From Azolla caroliniana (taxonomy: Eukaryota; Plantae; Polypodiophyta), in the NCBI GenBank assembly GCA_043228905.1, contig JBHGNT010000001.1, positions 12,276,001-12,340,000 on the forward strand: a stretch of DNA of 64,000 bases, given 5' to 3'. The translations under genes and the position numbers were made by a program. Numbering within the stretch: position 1 is the first letter of the stretch; each line of letters opens with the position of its first letter. The notes below the pieces were generated by a model that made no database searches, had not been told where the DNA came from, and worked only from the letters and a program-made list of their open reading frames with translations. This document shows positions 36,861 through 49,665 of the stretch, piece after piece.

Positions 36861-39480
36861 ATGATCGAGAGCAAAGTTCGATGTCAGTTTTTTTCGATAG
36901 AGCCTTTTAACTTAGGTAAAATAAGAAATATTAAATTAGATACAAATCATGACGAGTCTAGTTTATCGATTGTTGACAACGACTATGTCAACAAGCTTCT
37001 AAATTTTCGAAGAGTTCCTCGACAAGTGAGTGTTAAACGATATAATTTTCTGTGTTCAGATCACCAAATTGCAATTGATATATGCAAGGTATGTTGTGTG
37101 GGAGCCTTTGTCTATCAAAATTTGGAAAGGCAAACTTGCGGGGGTTGCGACAAAAGTATTTGTCTCTCAATAGCGACGAACAAGATACATTCTTGATTGC
37201 CAATATACAACTTGTTAAGGACCATCTGGCAGTGCCATGTTCTCAGCAGGTGGAATATTACCTTTCACTTACTATGAAGAGTTGTCGAGTTGCTTTTAAA
37301 ATTGCCTATAGCATCGGGAACATGAGGTTACAAAGAATTCAACATCGATTACTTAAGGGGTGGTGGGTACCTTTCAACAATACAGAATCTACATGTAAGG
37401 GTCTAATTGGGCGACATGCCATTAGATGCATGGAGATATATATTTCTCGAAGCAATGTGATGTTATGCCCACCACTGGAAGGTTACATTTGTCAGATACC
37501 TTCACTTGTCGTGAGGTATACCAAGCATATAAGGAGGACATGTTATTAGAAAGTGTACCTTACATACAATATCGACATTTTAGTCGTTTATGGAGATTGA
37601 AGTTCAACAATGTGGTCATACCCCACAAGGTCCGGATGGGTGTTTGTTCTATATGCGTGAGTTTAAAAAGCATGGCAAAGAGTGGGACAACAGATGAAGA
37701 AATAACAAAATATAAGAATTTATTGAGAGAACATCGAGAAAGCCAAGCGTTGGAAAGATCTAAAGCTATGCACCATCGTCAAAAATTGCTTCAATTGCTA
37801 GAAAGATATATGTGCTTGATTATAGATGGGATGGATTAGAAGAAAACTTGTTTGCCACATTTTCGAAGGTTGCCCAAGGATGTTGGAGATGAATGCCTAA
37901 TGCAGATGAACTTAGTAGGATGTCTTTCGTATTGTTAGACAACAAGGCCTCAAGTGTTCCTAACTTATCCAAATATCCACAATGACCCTAATCTTACAGT
38001 GACAGTCATGCAATGAGTTTTGCAGAGTTGGCAAAGTTTACTCCCACCAGTACTATACGTGCAACTTGACAACATAGCGAGAGAAAACAAGAACTCAAGT
38101 GTTTGGTTATTTGAGCATGTTCGTAGACAAGGGTATTTTCAAAAAGATTAAGGTCAACTTCTTGCTAGTTGGTCATACACATGATCACATAGATCGAATG
38201 TTTAGTAGGTTCTCCAAGAAATTAGCAAGGTGCAATGCTTTCACACTTCCTATGCTATCAAGGTTGATCATTGAAGCTTATACCCCCAAGCCAAATGTGC
38301 AACATTTAGATGAAGTATATGATTTCAAATGCTTTTGTTTGGATGGTGATGGGACTAGATGTAGGGTTCTTGCTCCACTTAATAATATAAGTTTTAACCA
38401 TGTCTTCCTCATCCAAAAAAGTGTGGTCGGTCACAACCAGACCATGTTGTATGCCAAACAATACTCATCTAGTTCGTAATGGAGCCACAAGACGGATGTA
38501 GGCTCTTATTGCATTTCCTAGATGCAATAATCTATGGTGCTGAGCAAATGCCCTATGAAGACCATAAAAGATTGGTTGTTGGTAGTTCAATTGAAGAGCA
38601 AAAGATATATTGGATGCGGTGCCTTGAGGAAAAATAGAAAAATATTGAGCGAACCAAAAAGTACGTTGGTGATCAGGATGTGGATTGGTGGGATGTCTTC
38701 TTTAATCATCAACATACAATATTATATAATCACTTTACAGGGTACTAGCCACTACAAAATCAATTCGAATGAGCGCTTGGTGGCCCCTCAATGATGAGCA
38801 CAACTCCTTTACAACCACTAGATAATCTTGAATTGAATAATCTAGTTCATCCAGGAGAAAGAGATATTTACGTGGGACCAAGCAGAGGCAAGGTGGCAAG
38901 GCATTCTACATGAGCTACAAGTTGGTATGTTGGTTGCAACATTAGCTGGGGGTGATAAGTTGGGCCATCCCTTTTGGATTGCTAAAATCATTGAAATTAT
39001 TAAAGATGATGAAGGCAATCAAGTAAAGTCTATTATGGTTCATTGGTATCATACCTCTTCCAAAGATGCATTTATTGGGAAGTACTCTTTAGAGATGGTT
39101 AAGGATGTTGAAGGCACATACAGAAAGCGGAGAAGAAAGAATCTACCAAGCACGTCTACTCTAGCACTTGCTAATGTCGACATTCTCGTGTATGAGTTCT
39201 TCTTGACCAAAACAGACCATCTAAGACCGACTACAATCAAGATAATAAAAGAGAAGATCCTCGATGTGCATGTTGATGCAACACAGAGACGAACAAGGAG
39301 TATGTCTCATAATCACGATGACGTTGGATTGCAATTGGGTGAAGACAATGCATTGGTTGCTAGTGATGATGAGGATGAGACCTCACAAAGCTCTTCTAGT
39401 TCATCGGGTGGGTTTGAAGGGGAAGACGTATCTCCGAGAAGTGATGGATCTCATAATATGAAATGTAAATATTGTATGTT
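36861..39480 (+). pseudogene. Sola1-type (DUF7869-like) DDD transposase, frameshifted
   Basis: CRVAFKIAYSIG; F..LWRLKF..V.IP...MGVCSIC; CLIIDGMD*KKTCLPHF; LYVQLDNIARENKN; FLLVGHTHDHIDRMFS; C-terminal HPFWIAKI...VHWY domain and acidic tail. Confidence 0.85.
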
Positions 39481-40297
39481 ACATCCATATGGCGATTCAC
39501 AAATATATATAAATATACATGTTAGTCATTTTGCAATTTTTGTACGTTCTCTTGCAAATTTCACATTGTCGCGTTATTACGCGCGTGCGTGGAGAACAAG
39601 GCGGGACCACTGGGGTCTTGGACCGAGGAATAGGTGAGAAAAGGGGGAGAAAGAGAGAGACGCTCACACACGTATAGACAAAGAAGCGCACGGGGATGCG
39701 GCCCAACAACACAGGAGACACGAGTTGAGAACACTAGCGTATGTATATAAAAATATGTATGTATTTGTATGTATGCGGACGACTCGAACGGTTATAGCCG
39801 ATCAGGTCGGCGAGATGGATGCCGACGCCTGATCACCCACGCACACAGGGGAGCAAGATGGAGATTCTGTCGGAAGCACACGGGCGTTCCACGGAGCAGA
39901 ATCAGCCTCCTGAGAACCTGCGCAAAAGAAAGCTATAGAGAACGACAGAGAAGAAGAGCTTGGTCCCAGTCCGATAGCACTTCGTCCCCTCTAGCGCGTG
40001 ATTCCCCTTCTCCCCCCCGTCTCCCTCTCTTTTATAGCTCAAGGAGGGAGACCGTTTCACCCGTTTACATCACATTAATTCTCTCTATAGAATATTGCTA
40101 CCTAGGATTCGACTTTTGTGCCTACCTATCTACTATACAACAAAGGGGCGTGCCCACGTGTAAGGGCCGGTTCACACACGCTATACACGGTTTGCGCTTG
40201 GGGACGGTTTTCTTCACGACATCCGCCCCCACCTAACCACGCATCCATCGGTATGTGCCAAAATTGGGTTCCTACTGGAGATAATTGGTCCTTGCTT

Positions 40298-43200
40298 TTA
40301 TTCCTCATTTACCGGTTCGTCCTCCGACTCGGGCTGCTTGTCGTTGATGTCCATGCCCCCTAGCTCCGGCTCACCGTCGTGTCGTTTCTTGAAGGCTTTG
40401 ATCCTCTTCCCCGCTACCGGTATTGCCATTCTCGTACCGTCGAGCTCCGTGAGATGGTACGTCCCATTGTCGTTGGCGCCCGTTACTAGGTAAGGCCCGA
40501 ACCACCTCCTCGCAAACTTCCGCGTGGCCCTGTGCTGATTGTCGAGACTGCTATCGTAGACTAGCACTTAGTTGCCTTCCTCGATCTTCCTTGGCCGGAG
40601 CCGGTGTGTTCGGTCGAACCGGGCTTTGTTCCTTATCCTCGCTACCCGAAGTTTCTTCGCGGCTCGCTCTACGTCCTCCGGTGTCCGCGTCGCCAACAGT
40701 TCCTCCCAGCTCACCTCATCCCTCCAGTCCACCGTGGCCCACGAGGAGATCGTTCGCTTTGTTGGCATGATCGGCTTCTGTCTGAACATAAGCTCAGCCG
40801 GCATGAACCCGGTTACCCAACTGTGCGTAGTCCGGTCCGCCCACAAGGCATAAGGTAGCAGCCATGGCCAGTTCCCGACTTGGCCTCCACACGCCCGTAC
40901 TAGCGCTTTGACAATCGGCCCGTGTCCGCGCTCTACCTTCCCATTCGCCTCCAGATTGTACGCTGTGGTAAACGAAAGTTTGACTCCTAGCCAGTCGAAC
41001 AGCTCTTCGGCCTCTTTTGCGTCCAACTCACCACGGTCAGCCACGATCTTCCCTACGCACCCGTATCGACATACCACGTCCTCAATCAAAAACCGGCACA
41101 CGGCTGCAATCGTCTTGTTCTGCAGGGCTCGGCCTTCAACCTGGTTCGTTAGATCCTCCCGAGCCAGCACCAGATACCGCATCTGTCCTACCCCCATTGG
41201 CATCGTCACCAAATCCACCATCCACTTGAAGTGGACGGTCGGAGGGTAGGTCGGGTGAAGCTCGTCCCGGTGTCGGATCATGGAGTGCACCTGACAGCTT
41301 TCGCAAGTCGTCACGAACCAATGCACGTCCCGGTATAGTCCCGGCCAGCAGTACTTCCCCTTTAGCTTTTCGAACGTGGCCCACGTTCCACAGTGTCCAG
41401 CCCAAGGACTATCGTGGTACGCCGCCAGCAAATCCTCCTGTTCCTCCTTCTTCGCCACCACTCGGAGCGAGATGTCATTCCTTTTCTTCGGGTGCTTCCA
41501 TATGTACCCGTCCCGGAGAAAGAATCGGTACGCTTTCTTCCGAATCCGGTTGGCCTTATCCTTTGTCCATGCCGCGTCCGGTGTCATTGTTTTCAGGAAC
41601 CCGCCGATCTGCAACCACTCCCCGTTGTACTTCCTCTCATCGAAATCGTTAAGCGTTGGAGTGCATTCCCTGCCGGTTGTTACGTAAGCCGCCTCGAAGA
41701 AGTCCACGCCGACTTCCTCGTCCTCCGAAACCATGTCACCCTCGTTTTCGAACCTTGCCCTTGAAACCATGTCGGCCATTGCATAGTCTTTCCCGGAAAT
41801 GTGTCGTACTTCCGGATTCAAGGACTTGATGTACGTTATCCACCTGAGCATTGCCAGGTCCGGCGTCGCGCATCCGGAAACCATCCGGAATTGGCAGGCA
41901 ATCCGTCTCGATAATTACCTCTGTCCCGATCAGTTAGTCTTTATCGGCCTTTACCACCGAAACGATACCCAGAGCTCGCGTTTAACCTGGGTGTATCCTC
42001 GCTGTCGCTCGCTGAGGACCTTCGCGCCAAACCGGATCCGGAAACGCATGCCGTCCTCGTCCTCTTGGTTGACGACCCATCCTATCCCGGTCGGACTTGT
42101 GTCTACCGTTACGTAAATTGGAGTGTCCTTTCCATAGACAACCTTTCGGAGCGTCGGAGCTGTGGCAAGTGCTTCCTTCATATTTCGGATAGACTCCGTA
42201 TGCTCGTCTCTCCACTCGAATTTTCGCCCCTTTTTCAGCAACCTGTATAACGGCTCCGCGACGTGGGCGTAATGCGGGATCCATATGTGGTAGAACGCAC
42301 ATGCTCCCAAGAACCTCCGAACCTCCGTGACCGAGCTACAGTCGTGCTTCATCACGGAGATGGATTCTACCTTAGCCGGAGACGGTTTCCGGCCGTACGA
42401 CCCGCATAGGTGTCCGACGACCATGATCTCTGATTGCCCGAAGGCCGATTTTCCCCCAGAGAAGGTGAACCTCGCGCCCTCTAACCTCTGCAGCACCTTC
42501 TCGCAATCATCGATGTGCGTCGCCACGAATTTCCGGCACCCGTCCGGTCCGATCGTCTCGTCCTTCTCCTCCACCGGGCATCCCTTGATCGGGACGTCGT
42601 CCAAAAACGGCATGGTGATGTCCAGGATACAATCCCTCAGCACCTTGTTCATTGCGTTCACCATGTGAGCCACCGAGTTCGTCCCTCCTTGCGGTAGGGT
42701 ACACATCCGTACTAGGCCGAGAGGAGTTCGCATTGTCGTGATGTCTTTGCTCTCTATGGCTAGCTGGAACTGATCATACCCCGAGTAGAGATCACCGACC
42801 GAGTAAATCGACCTTCGGGCGAAGGCCTCCGTGAACTCGTCTATTGTCGATCCGATTCCTGCGTTTCGAATGGTCACCTTGTTGACCGGCTGCAGGTCTT
42901 GAATAAAGCGCAGCGTGCCATCCTTCTTCGGCACAGTAAACCACCGATTCGAGTATGGGGCACTCGACGGTTCGAGGATGCCCATCTCGACCTTCTGCTT
43001 TAACAGCTCCATCAGCTTCGGGATGTGAGCTCTGGGTACTAGAATCGGTTTGAGACTCCACGGCACATGCGGTACCGTGAATATCACCATCGGTTCTATG
43101 ACTGTCGGGTCTACGCACCCGATCTCCTCCGGTGAGAATGCGAAAGCCTTCCCGTGCCTTCCGAGCATTCCCCGAGACCGGTCCTCTTCCGCCAGCAGTA

Positions 43201-43761
43201 GGAAGCCGCCCCCACCGATTTTGAGCTCACGTAGCGTTATGTCGGTGAACATGTGTCCTATGCGGGCCGGATTTCATAAACTCGGGTTCTACGCAACCCC
43301 CTTTATTCGCAACTCGCTGCCCTCCAGCAAGGGAGCTGCGACTGGCCTCATCTTCCGGTCCACAGTCTTGTACCTCGTGTCCACCCGGGCCGTCCGATCC
43401 GACTCGAGCCCTCTACTGAAGTCCGTGATGACTTCGTACATCCTTTCCGAACATACCGGAACCGTCCGGTCCTCTTTAAGGACTCCTCCGACTAACTCTC
43501 GCAGCTCCCCCAAGGTATCGTCGAAAGAGACCGCCTCCACGGCTCCGTTGATTTCCTCTCCAGGGCCGAGGATAACACATGCCCGAAGTCGCTCCTCCGC
43601 CCTTTTCTTCTTCCGGCCAATGACGTCGACTATCGTACACCCTCCGTTGTCGGAGAACCAAAATTTCCTACTTATAGTACAGGTCTTCTTCGCTATCGTA
43701 CACTTGTGGGGTTTTCCTGGAGTGTCCGGACTATCGCGGCCCCACGCCTTGTTAGCCCTCT
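40298..43761 (-). pseudogene. Gypsy pol (RT, RNase H, integrase with GPY/F motif, no chromodomain), a few stops/frameshifts
   Basis: DLYSGYDQ, LPQGGTNS, FLDD, VDTSPTG, HDSPWAGH..CESC, ADRGE, NGKVERGH, WFGPY. Confidence 0.92.
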
Positions 43762-45888
43762 CTAAAAATCCTCTCGGCTTTCGCCCCCGAGGGTCTCGCG
43801 GTTCCGCTCATGGTTCGGTCTCACTGTCAAGAACTGGACCGAGTGACGCCCATCCTGGCTCTTGACCCTTGCATAGGCCGAGCCGTTGTCCAACACCTTG
43901 GTCTCCATCCGTGCTGCCATGATGTACGGTTCTCCTAGTATAACCGGATGTGAGGACGTCTCCTGCACAAAGAAGTGCTGGTCAATCTCGACATCGCCGA
44001 TCTTTAATCGTACATTCGGGCAGGCTCCATGCAGTTCTTCAGTGGCACGCGTCGCTGCCCGTATTTTCCACCCGTGCTTGGTGTTGATCGGCCATTTCCC
44101 CTTCTTGTAGAAGTCCATGGACATCAAATTGATTTCTGAACTGTTGTCCACCAACGCCACCACTGGTTCATGAACATCTCTGATCTTCACGGGGGTCTCC
44201 GTGGTCGCTTTGGCCCAATGCGGCCTCGAATAGTGGCTCTCTGCCAACTCGTCTTCCCGCGCTATGTCCTCTATGTGCGTCGTTCGCACCTCCACCGGCT
44301 TCTCCGGTTCTGTCTCCGTCAACAGCCTCTTCCTCTTCACCAAGTCTACGATGGAGTCGTGGAACTCCTTCTTGGCGATCCCGAGCACTTCCCTTAGCGA
44401 CAGTTCCACCTTGTTGTCGAGGATTCGTTCTTCCAGGACCTTTCGTAGGTCCGTGGATCTTTCCATTTCTGTGCCCAGCCGGTACCCGCCCCTCTTGGGA
44501 TTATCCTGGGCGCCGGTTACACCGGCCTCATTCCGCCTTTGCCCGAATCGAGTTTCATATCGTTGCGAGGGCCCGACCCCTCCGGGTTTCCCTACCCGCT
44601 TGTCCTCCACCAGAGCCTTGTAGTTTTGACAAGCGGCTTCGACGAAGCCCGTCTTTTCTTCCACCGGGTCACTCCACCTGGTTACCTCCCGGACCCGTTT
44701 TTCCATGCGGTCCGCCTCTTCTTTCCTTAGTCGTGCGCCGGCGATGCCTTCTAGCATCGTCGGCCAGAACCCGGCTTGGTTCGTCTTCGGGGCCTCGCCA
44801 CCTCTGACCCAAATACCAACTGACGCCGAGTAGTGGACAATCTCCGCGTGACGAGCCGCCGCCTCCTCCATCAGCCTTTTCATACCTCCTCGCCCGACGT
44901 TCAGGTCCAGGGCCCTTCGGGTCTCACTGGCATGCACCCGACCGTTCCACAGGTACACCACGTTGCTTCTCATCGCCTCGGCGAAGTCCCCGCAGTCCTT
45001 CCGGATGTGGCCAACCGTGTCACACCACATGCACTTGTTTCCAGCCAGAGGTCGTCGGTCACGGCCCTGTTCGCCACCGTCCCTCCGTGCCTGGGCAATC
45101 TGGAGATCCTTTACCATCCGCGTCAGTTCCTCCAGAGCTGCTGCCCCGGACGAGCCCTTGACCATGCCGATCGAAGTCGATCCGGTCTCGAGCCAATCTC
45201 GGGTCTCTTCCCTTCACGTTGGTGGTGTTGGCTCGAGCTTCCTTGCTGCGACAGAGCCCGCCTCTATCAATCCTTTGTCAACCCATTCCCGTTGTTTGTC
45301 GAAATGGCCACAGACCCTCTTCACCACGGCCCAGTCGGCCGTCAGCCCGTCATCAGTCTCCAATAGGAGGCCTACTTGCTCCCGATCCCGCTCGTCAACT
45401 GACTTAACAAACAATAGGACACAACTTGTGTCCAGAATGGTCCAGTCAAGCACCGAGAGGCGCGCGAAGCGTTCCTCAAACTCCCGGAGGAGCACGGACG
45501 CCTTCCTTCCTTTGTCGGGGGTCTCCACCCACTCCATGAAGTCCCGCTTCGAAAGTCAAAGCGCATCTTCAAGCCCGTATTTTTCGAGGAGCCGACCTTC
45601 GAACTCCTCCCAGGTCTGGCTCTCGGCCCGTACCTCGAGCACCTCCGTATGGATGCCCGGCATCACCACTCGAGGGAATCCGGCTAGACGCCTCTCTTCC
45701 GGAATGTCCCTCATTACCATCTCAGCCCGGTAGGACGCCAAGTAGCTCGTGGCATCCTTCCCACTAAACCGGCCAATTGTACCGACAACTGCCTCGATAG
45801 CCCTATCAAGGGCGCTGGTGCCTTCGCGCACACTCACTATACGGTCCACAACCGAAGCCATGGCTTCTGCGAGGTCTGACCCCCTCAT
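43762..45888 (-). pseudogene. Gypsy gag-protease ORF (interrupted by stops)
   Basis: CMWCDTVGHIRKDC zinc knuckle; ALVDNSSEINLM and VILGEPY protease motifs. Confidence 0.9.
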
Positions 45889-45910
45889 CTTCTACTCCTC
45901 TGCCGCCTGT

Positions 45911-45927
45911 TCACGTCGGGTTCACCA
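45911..45927 (-). promoter_or_regulatory. Primer-binding site complementary to the tRNA-Trp 3' end
   Basis: TGGTGAACCCGACGTGA is the complement of ...TCACGTCGGGTTCACCA, the plant cytosolic tRNA-Trp(CCA) 3' end as I recall it. Confidence 0.8.
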
Positions 45928-46730
45928 AAGAGATGTCGCGTTATTACGCGTGTGCGTGGAGAACAAGGCAGGACCACTGGGGTCTTGGACCGAGGAATAG
46001 GTGAGAAAAGGGGGAGAAAGATAGAGACGCTTACACACGTATAGACAAAGAAGCGCACGGGGACGCGGCCCAACAACACAGGAGACACGAGTTGAGAACA
46101 CTAGCGTATGTATATAAAAATATGTATGTATTTGTATGTATGCAGACGACTCGAACGGTTATAGCCGATCAGGTCGGCGAGATGGATGCCGACGCCTGAT
46201 CACCCACGCACACAGGGGAGCAAGATGGAGATTCTGCCGGAAGCACACGGGCGTTCCACGGAGTAGAATCAGCCTCCTGAGAACCTGCGCAAAAGAAAGC
46301 TATGGAGAACGACAAAGAAGAAGAGCTCGGTCCCAGTCCGATAGCACTTCGTCCCCTCTAGCACGCGATTCCCCTTCTCCCCCCCGTCTCCCTCTCTTTT
46401 ATAGCTCAAGGAGGGAAACCGTTTCACCCGTTTACATCACATTAATTCTCTCTATAGAATATTGCTACCTAGGATTCGACTTTTGTGCCTACCTATCTAC
46501 TATACAACAAAGGGGCGTGCCCACGTGTAAGGGCCGGTTCACACACGCTATACACGGTTTGCGCCTGGGGACGGTTTTCTTCACGACAACGTGTCGATTA
46601 TTAGGGGCATTTTTTGAAAGCCCTAAATTTTTGGACATGGTATAAATCAATATATTTTGATTCAATTTCCAAAACTCTTTACACATGCGATGGTCACTTT
46701 GTGCATTTTTTAGACGGACAGTTCTTAAAT

Positions 46731-46765
46731 TGCGACATATTACCTGTTTCAAATGACCCGGTGTT
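46731..46765 (-). repeat. Right TIR of Sola1-like element
   Basis: Reverse complement AACACCGGGTCATTTGAAACAGGTAATATGTCGCA; both differences from the left TIR are CpG transitions. Confidence 0.92.
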
Positions 46766-46906
46766 TTGAGACCTCTTTAGGAGAGATAAACCCATTATAA
46801 TCTTTATCGAAAAGCTCAAAAACCTCAGGAAGCATTAATGTATGCAACAACTCTAGATCACTTGAATGAGATACATGTGTACACCATTTTCAATTTAATT
46901 GATCAT

Positions 46907-49665
46907 TGTTGAGAATCAAGCTCAACCTTAGTCTAGTGTGTGAACACATCATTTGAGAATCTATGAGCACTCAAAGGTCAAAGGTCACCACCACTTTGTA
47001 CACATTAACTATGTGTCATAGAATCACATTCTATGACACATAACTAATGAGTTCCATATTCCCCATAACTAATGATTTTCTACATTCCCCAAGGTTCTAG
47101 GGAGAGAGTGGGCATTTTAATGAGAGAATGTAGAGAGAGGGTGACCTTATGTAAAGCACTCTCCTCCTACTTTGTAATGTGTCGATTAATCTCCTTTGTA
47201 ATATTCATATTCTTGTAGTTGTTCTCCATTTCCTAATACATACATCTTCTTGAGTATTTCAATTTTCCTATCTATTTATCTTGTGTTTCTCTCTTGTCCT
47301 CTCTCCTCTTTCACACACACACACATAACACACATCTCTAATCTATTCTGCTACATAGAATCACACTCGATCCTTTACATGGTATCAGAGCGATTTGGTA
47401 GCTCAACCTAGCCCATCCTCCTGTGTTGTGTCTATGCCGACAATTAAAGGAAATTCGGCTCATCGCTATCGTAGTGTCACTATATAGCTCGTGTCCAAGA
47501 GTCTCTACATCGACCAACATGAATACTCAAATGGGTAGCTCTTTTCCCACCGAGAAGTTGGACCGAAACAACTTTGCATTTTGAGAGCACAAGATGCACC
47601 AATACCTTGTCGGCCAAGTTTATTGGAGCTACATCAAAGGAGCACAAGAAAATAACCGGAAACAACCAAGGAACATTCAGAAGAAGGGGGAGCTACCATG
47701 CTAGTCCAAGCCGACAAACAACTCAATTGAATGCGGATATTACAATAAATTGGCCACCATGAAGAAGAGTGTCGAAAGAAGAAGAGTGAGTAGGCTTCCA
47801 CAAGCCGACAGATTACCAATTACGCCATCAACTCCGACTATGATGACCATGGTGGAATGTTCGTGATGAGACATAGAGAAAATTCTATGTCAGCCTCTAC
47901 TCTGACTAGTACTTCCAATCCGGAAGAAGTATGGTTTGTCGACTCCGGCGCCTCAAACATATGACGTCCCATCAAGAATGGTTTTGGGACCTATGAGAGC
48001 CAAATCAACCCAACTATGTTGAGACAGGAGACGACGCTACTCATCCGATTTGACACATTGGGAATGTCCGATTCTACAAAGAAAGCAACCAAACATACAT
48101 TAAGAATGTATTGCATGTACCAACCATCACGAAGAATTTGGTCTCAATCGGCCAAATTGTGAAGCAAGGGATGCAAGTCTATTTCAACCATGCATGTTGC
48201 TTCATTGACAAAGTGGGCCGAATCATCGCTCGCGGACGAAGAGAAGGCCGAATGTTCATTATTGATTTGCACAAAATGAAAGCGACCATGTTTGCAAAAG
48301 GCACCAAAGCCAATACGGACATAGAGCTATGGAACAAAAGAATCAGCCATATCAATCTGAACAAAATCAGGGGCATGCAATCAAAATAAGTCGTTATCAA
48401 GCTCCCGACGTTCAAGGAAAAGGAGATATTCATGGCAATTCATGCAAACTCCATGAGATATTCATTTAGATTGTGCTAAGCAAGTGTTACAATACGCCGT
48501 CGTTCAAGGAAAAGGAGATAGTCATGGCAATTCATGCAAACTCCATGAGATATTCATTTAGATTGTGCTAAGCAAGTGTTACAATACGTGAGTGAAATGA
48601 TGGACTACGGAATTCTATATAAGTCGGCCACGTCAATTCGACTCAAAGGATATACAAATGCCGATTGGGCAGTCTACAGAGCCGACCAACGATCGACCTC
48701 AGGATTTGTCTTCTCTCTCGGAAGTGGTGCCAGCTCCTAAAACAGCATGAAGCACCCGATTGTTGCACTTTCGAGCACAGAGACCAAATACAGGGGCATG
48801 GTTGTGGTTGCATGTGAAGTCGTTTGACAGAAGAGAATATTGACGGATAGACATTCCCATCAAGGATTTGATTCCCCTTTACTGCAACAACATGAGCAGT
48901 ATTCATCTTGCTCGACATCCGGTGTTCCACGTGCGCATGAAGCATATTGAAGTGCACTATCACTTCATCCGAGAGCGTGTTTAGGCTGGAGATGTCGACC
49001 TTCAACACATCAGCACGAATCTTCAGACAACTGACATCTTCACCAAAGCCCTAGGATCCGGCAAGCTTCGGCAATTCATATCAGAGCTTGGATTGATGAT
49101 CCCCGACTTGCCAATCTTGAGGGGGAGTACAAGAGATAACTAGATACCAACGGAAGCGAACATCAACTAAGATGGACACCATAGGAAGGCCGAAAGCCTA
49201 AAGCTAACCAAAGTTGAGCTTGAGGGTGCGTGTTGAGAATCAAGCTCCAACCTAGTCTAGTGTGTAAACACACCTTTTGAAAATCTATGAGCTTTCAAAG
49301 GTCAAAGGTCACCACCACTTTCTACACATTAACTATGTGTCACAGAATCATATTCTATGACACATAACTAATGAGTTCCATATAATTTCTCCATAACTAA
49401 TGAGTTTCTACATTCCCCAAGGTTCTAGAGAGAGTGTGGGCGTTTTAGTGGGAGAGTGTAGAGAGAGGGTGACCTTATATAAAGCACTATCCTCCTACTT
49501 TGTAATGTGTCGGTTAATCTCCTTTGTAATATTCATATTGTTGTAGTTGTTCGAGCCACTTCCTAATACATCATCTTCTTGAGTGTTTCATTTCCTATCT
49601 ATCTATCTTTTGTTTCTCTCCTCTCCTCTATCTATCTTGCATAGAATCACACTTGATTCTTTACA
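46907..49665 (+). mobile_element. Old internally deleted copia (second lineage); LTRs 46907-47379 and 49231-49665
   Basis: TSD ATCAT/GTCAT; PBS TGGTATCAGAGC 47380-47391; gag start, protease VDSGAS and RNase H remnants; integrase core and RT missing; about 90-bp tandem duplication at the deletion junction (about 48405-48590). Confidence 0.88.

Larger units (their letters stand above)
39567..46588 (-). mobile_element. Full-length non-chromovirus Ty3/gypsy (Phygy-like by inference); LTRs 45934-46588 and 39567-40221
   Basis: 655-bp LTRs (about 15 mismatches by eye); 4-bp TSD ACAT/ACGT; PBS 45911-45927; PPT AGGTGGGGGCGGA; PR-RT-RH-IN order. Confidence 0.95.
25754..46765 (+). mobile_element. Sola1-like cut-and-paste DNA transposon carrying a methyltransferase cargo gene; contains a nested copia (29644-35957) and gypsy (39567-46588)
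   Basis: 35-bp TIRs (33/35 match), 4-bp TSD TTGA (25750-25753 / 46766-46769), DDD-type transposase remnants at 36861-39480. Confidence 0.88.

Noticed and set aside
43050-45733. Long plus-strand ORFs (271 aa, 256 aa) antisense to the gypsy
   Set aside because: Shadow ORFs of GC-rich coding sequence; no motifs.
45911-45927. tRNA-like sequence
   Set aside because: Only 17 nt matching a tRNA 3' end including CCA; it is a PBS, not a tRNA gene.
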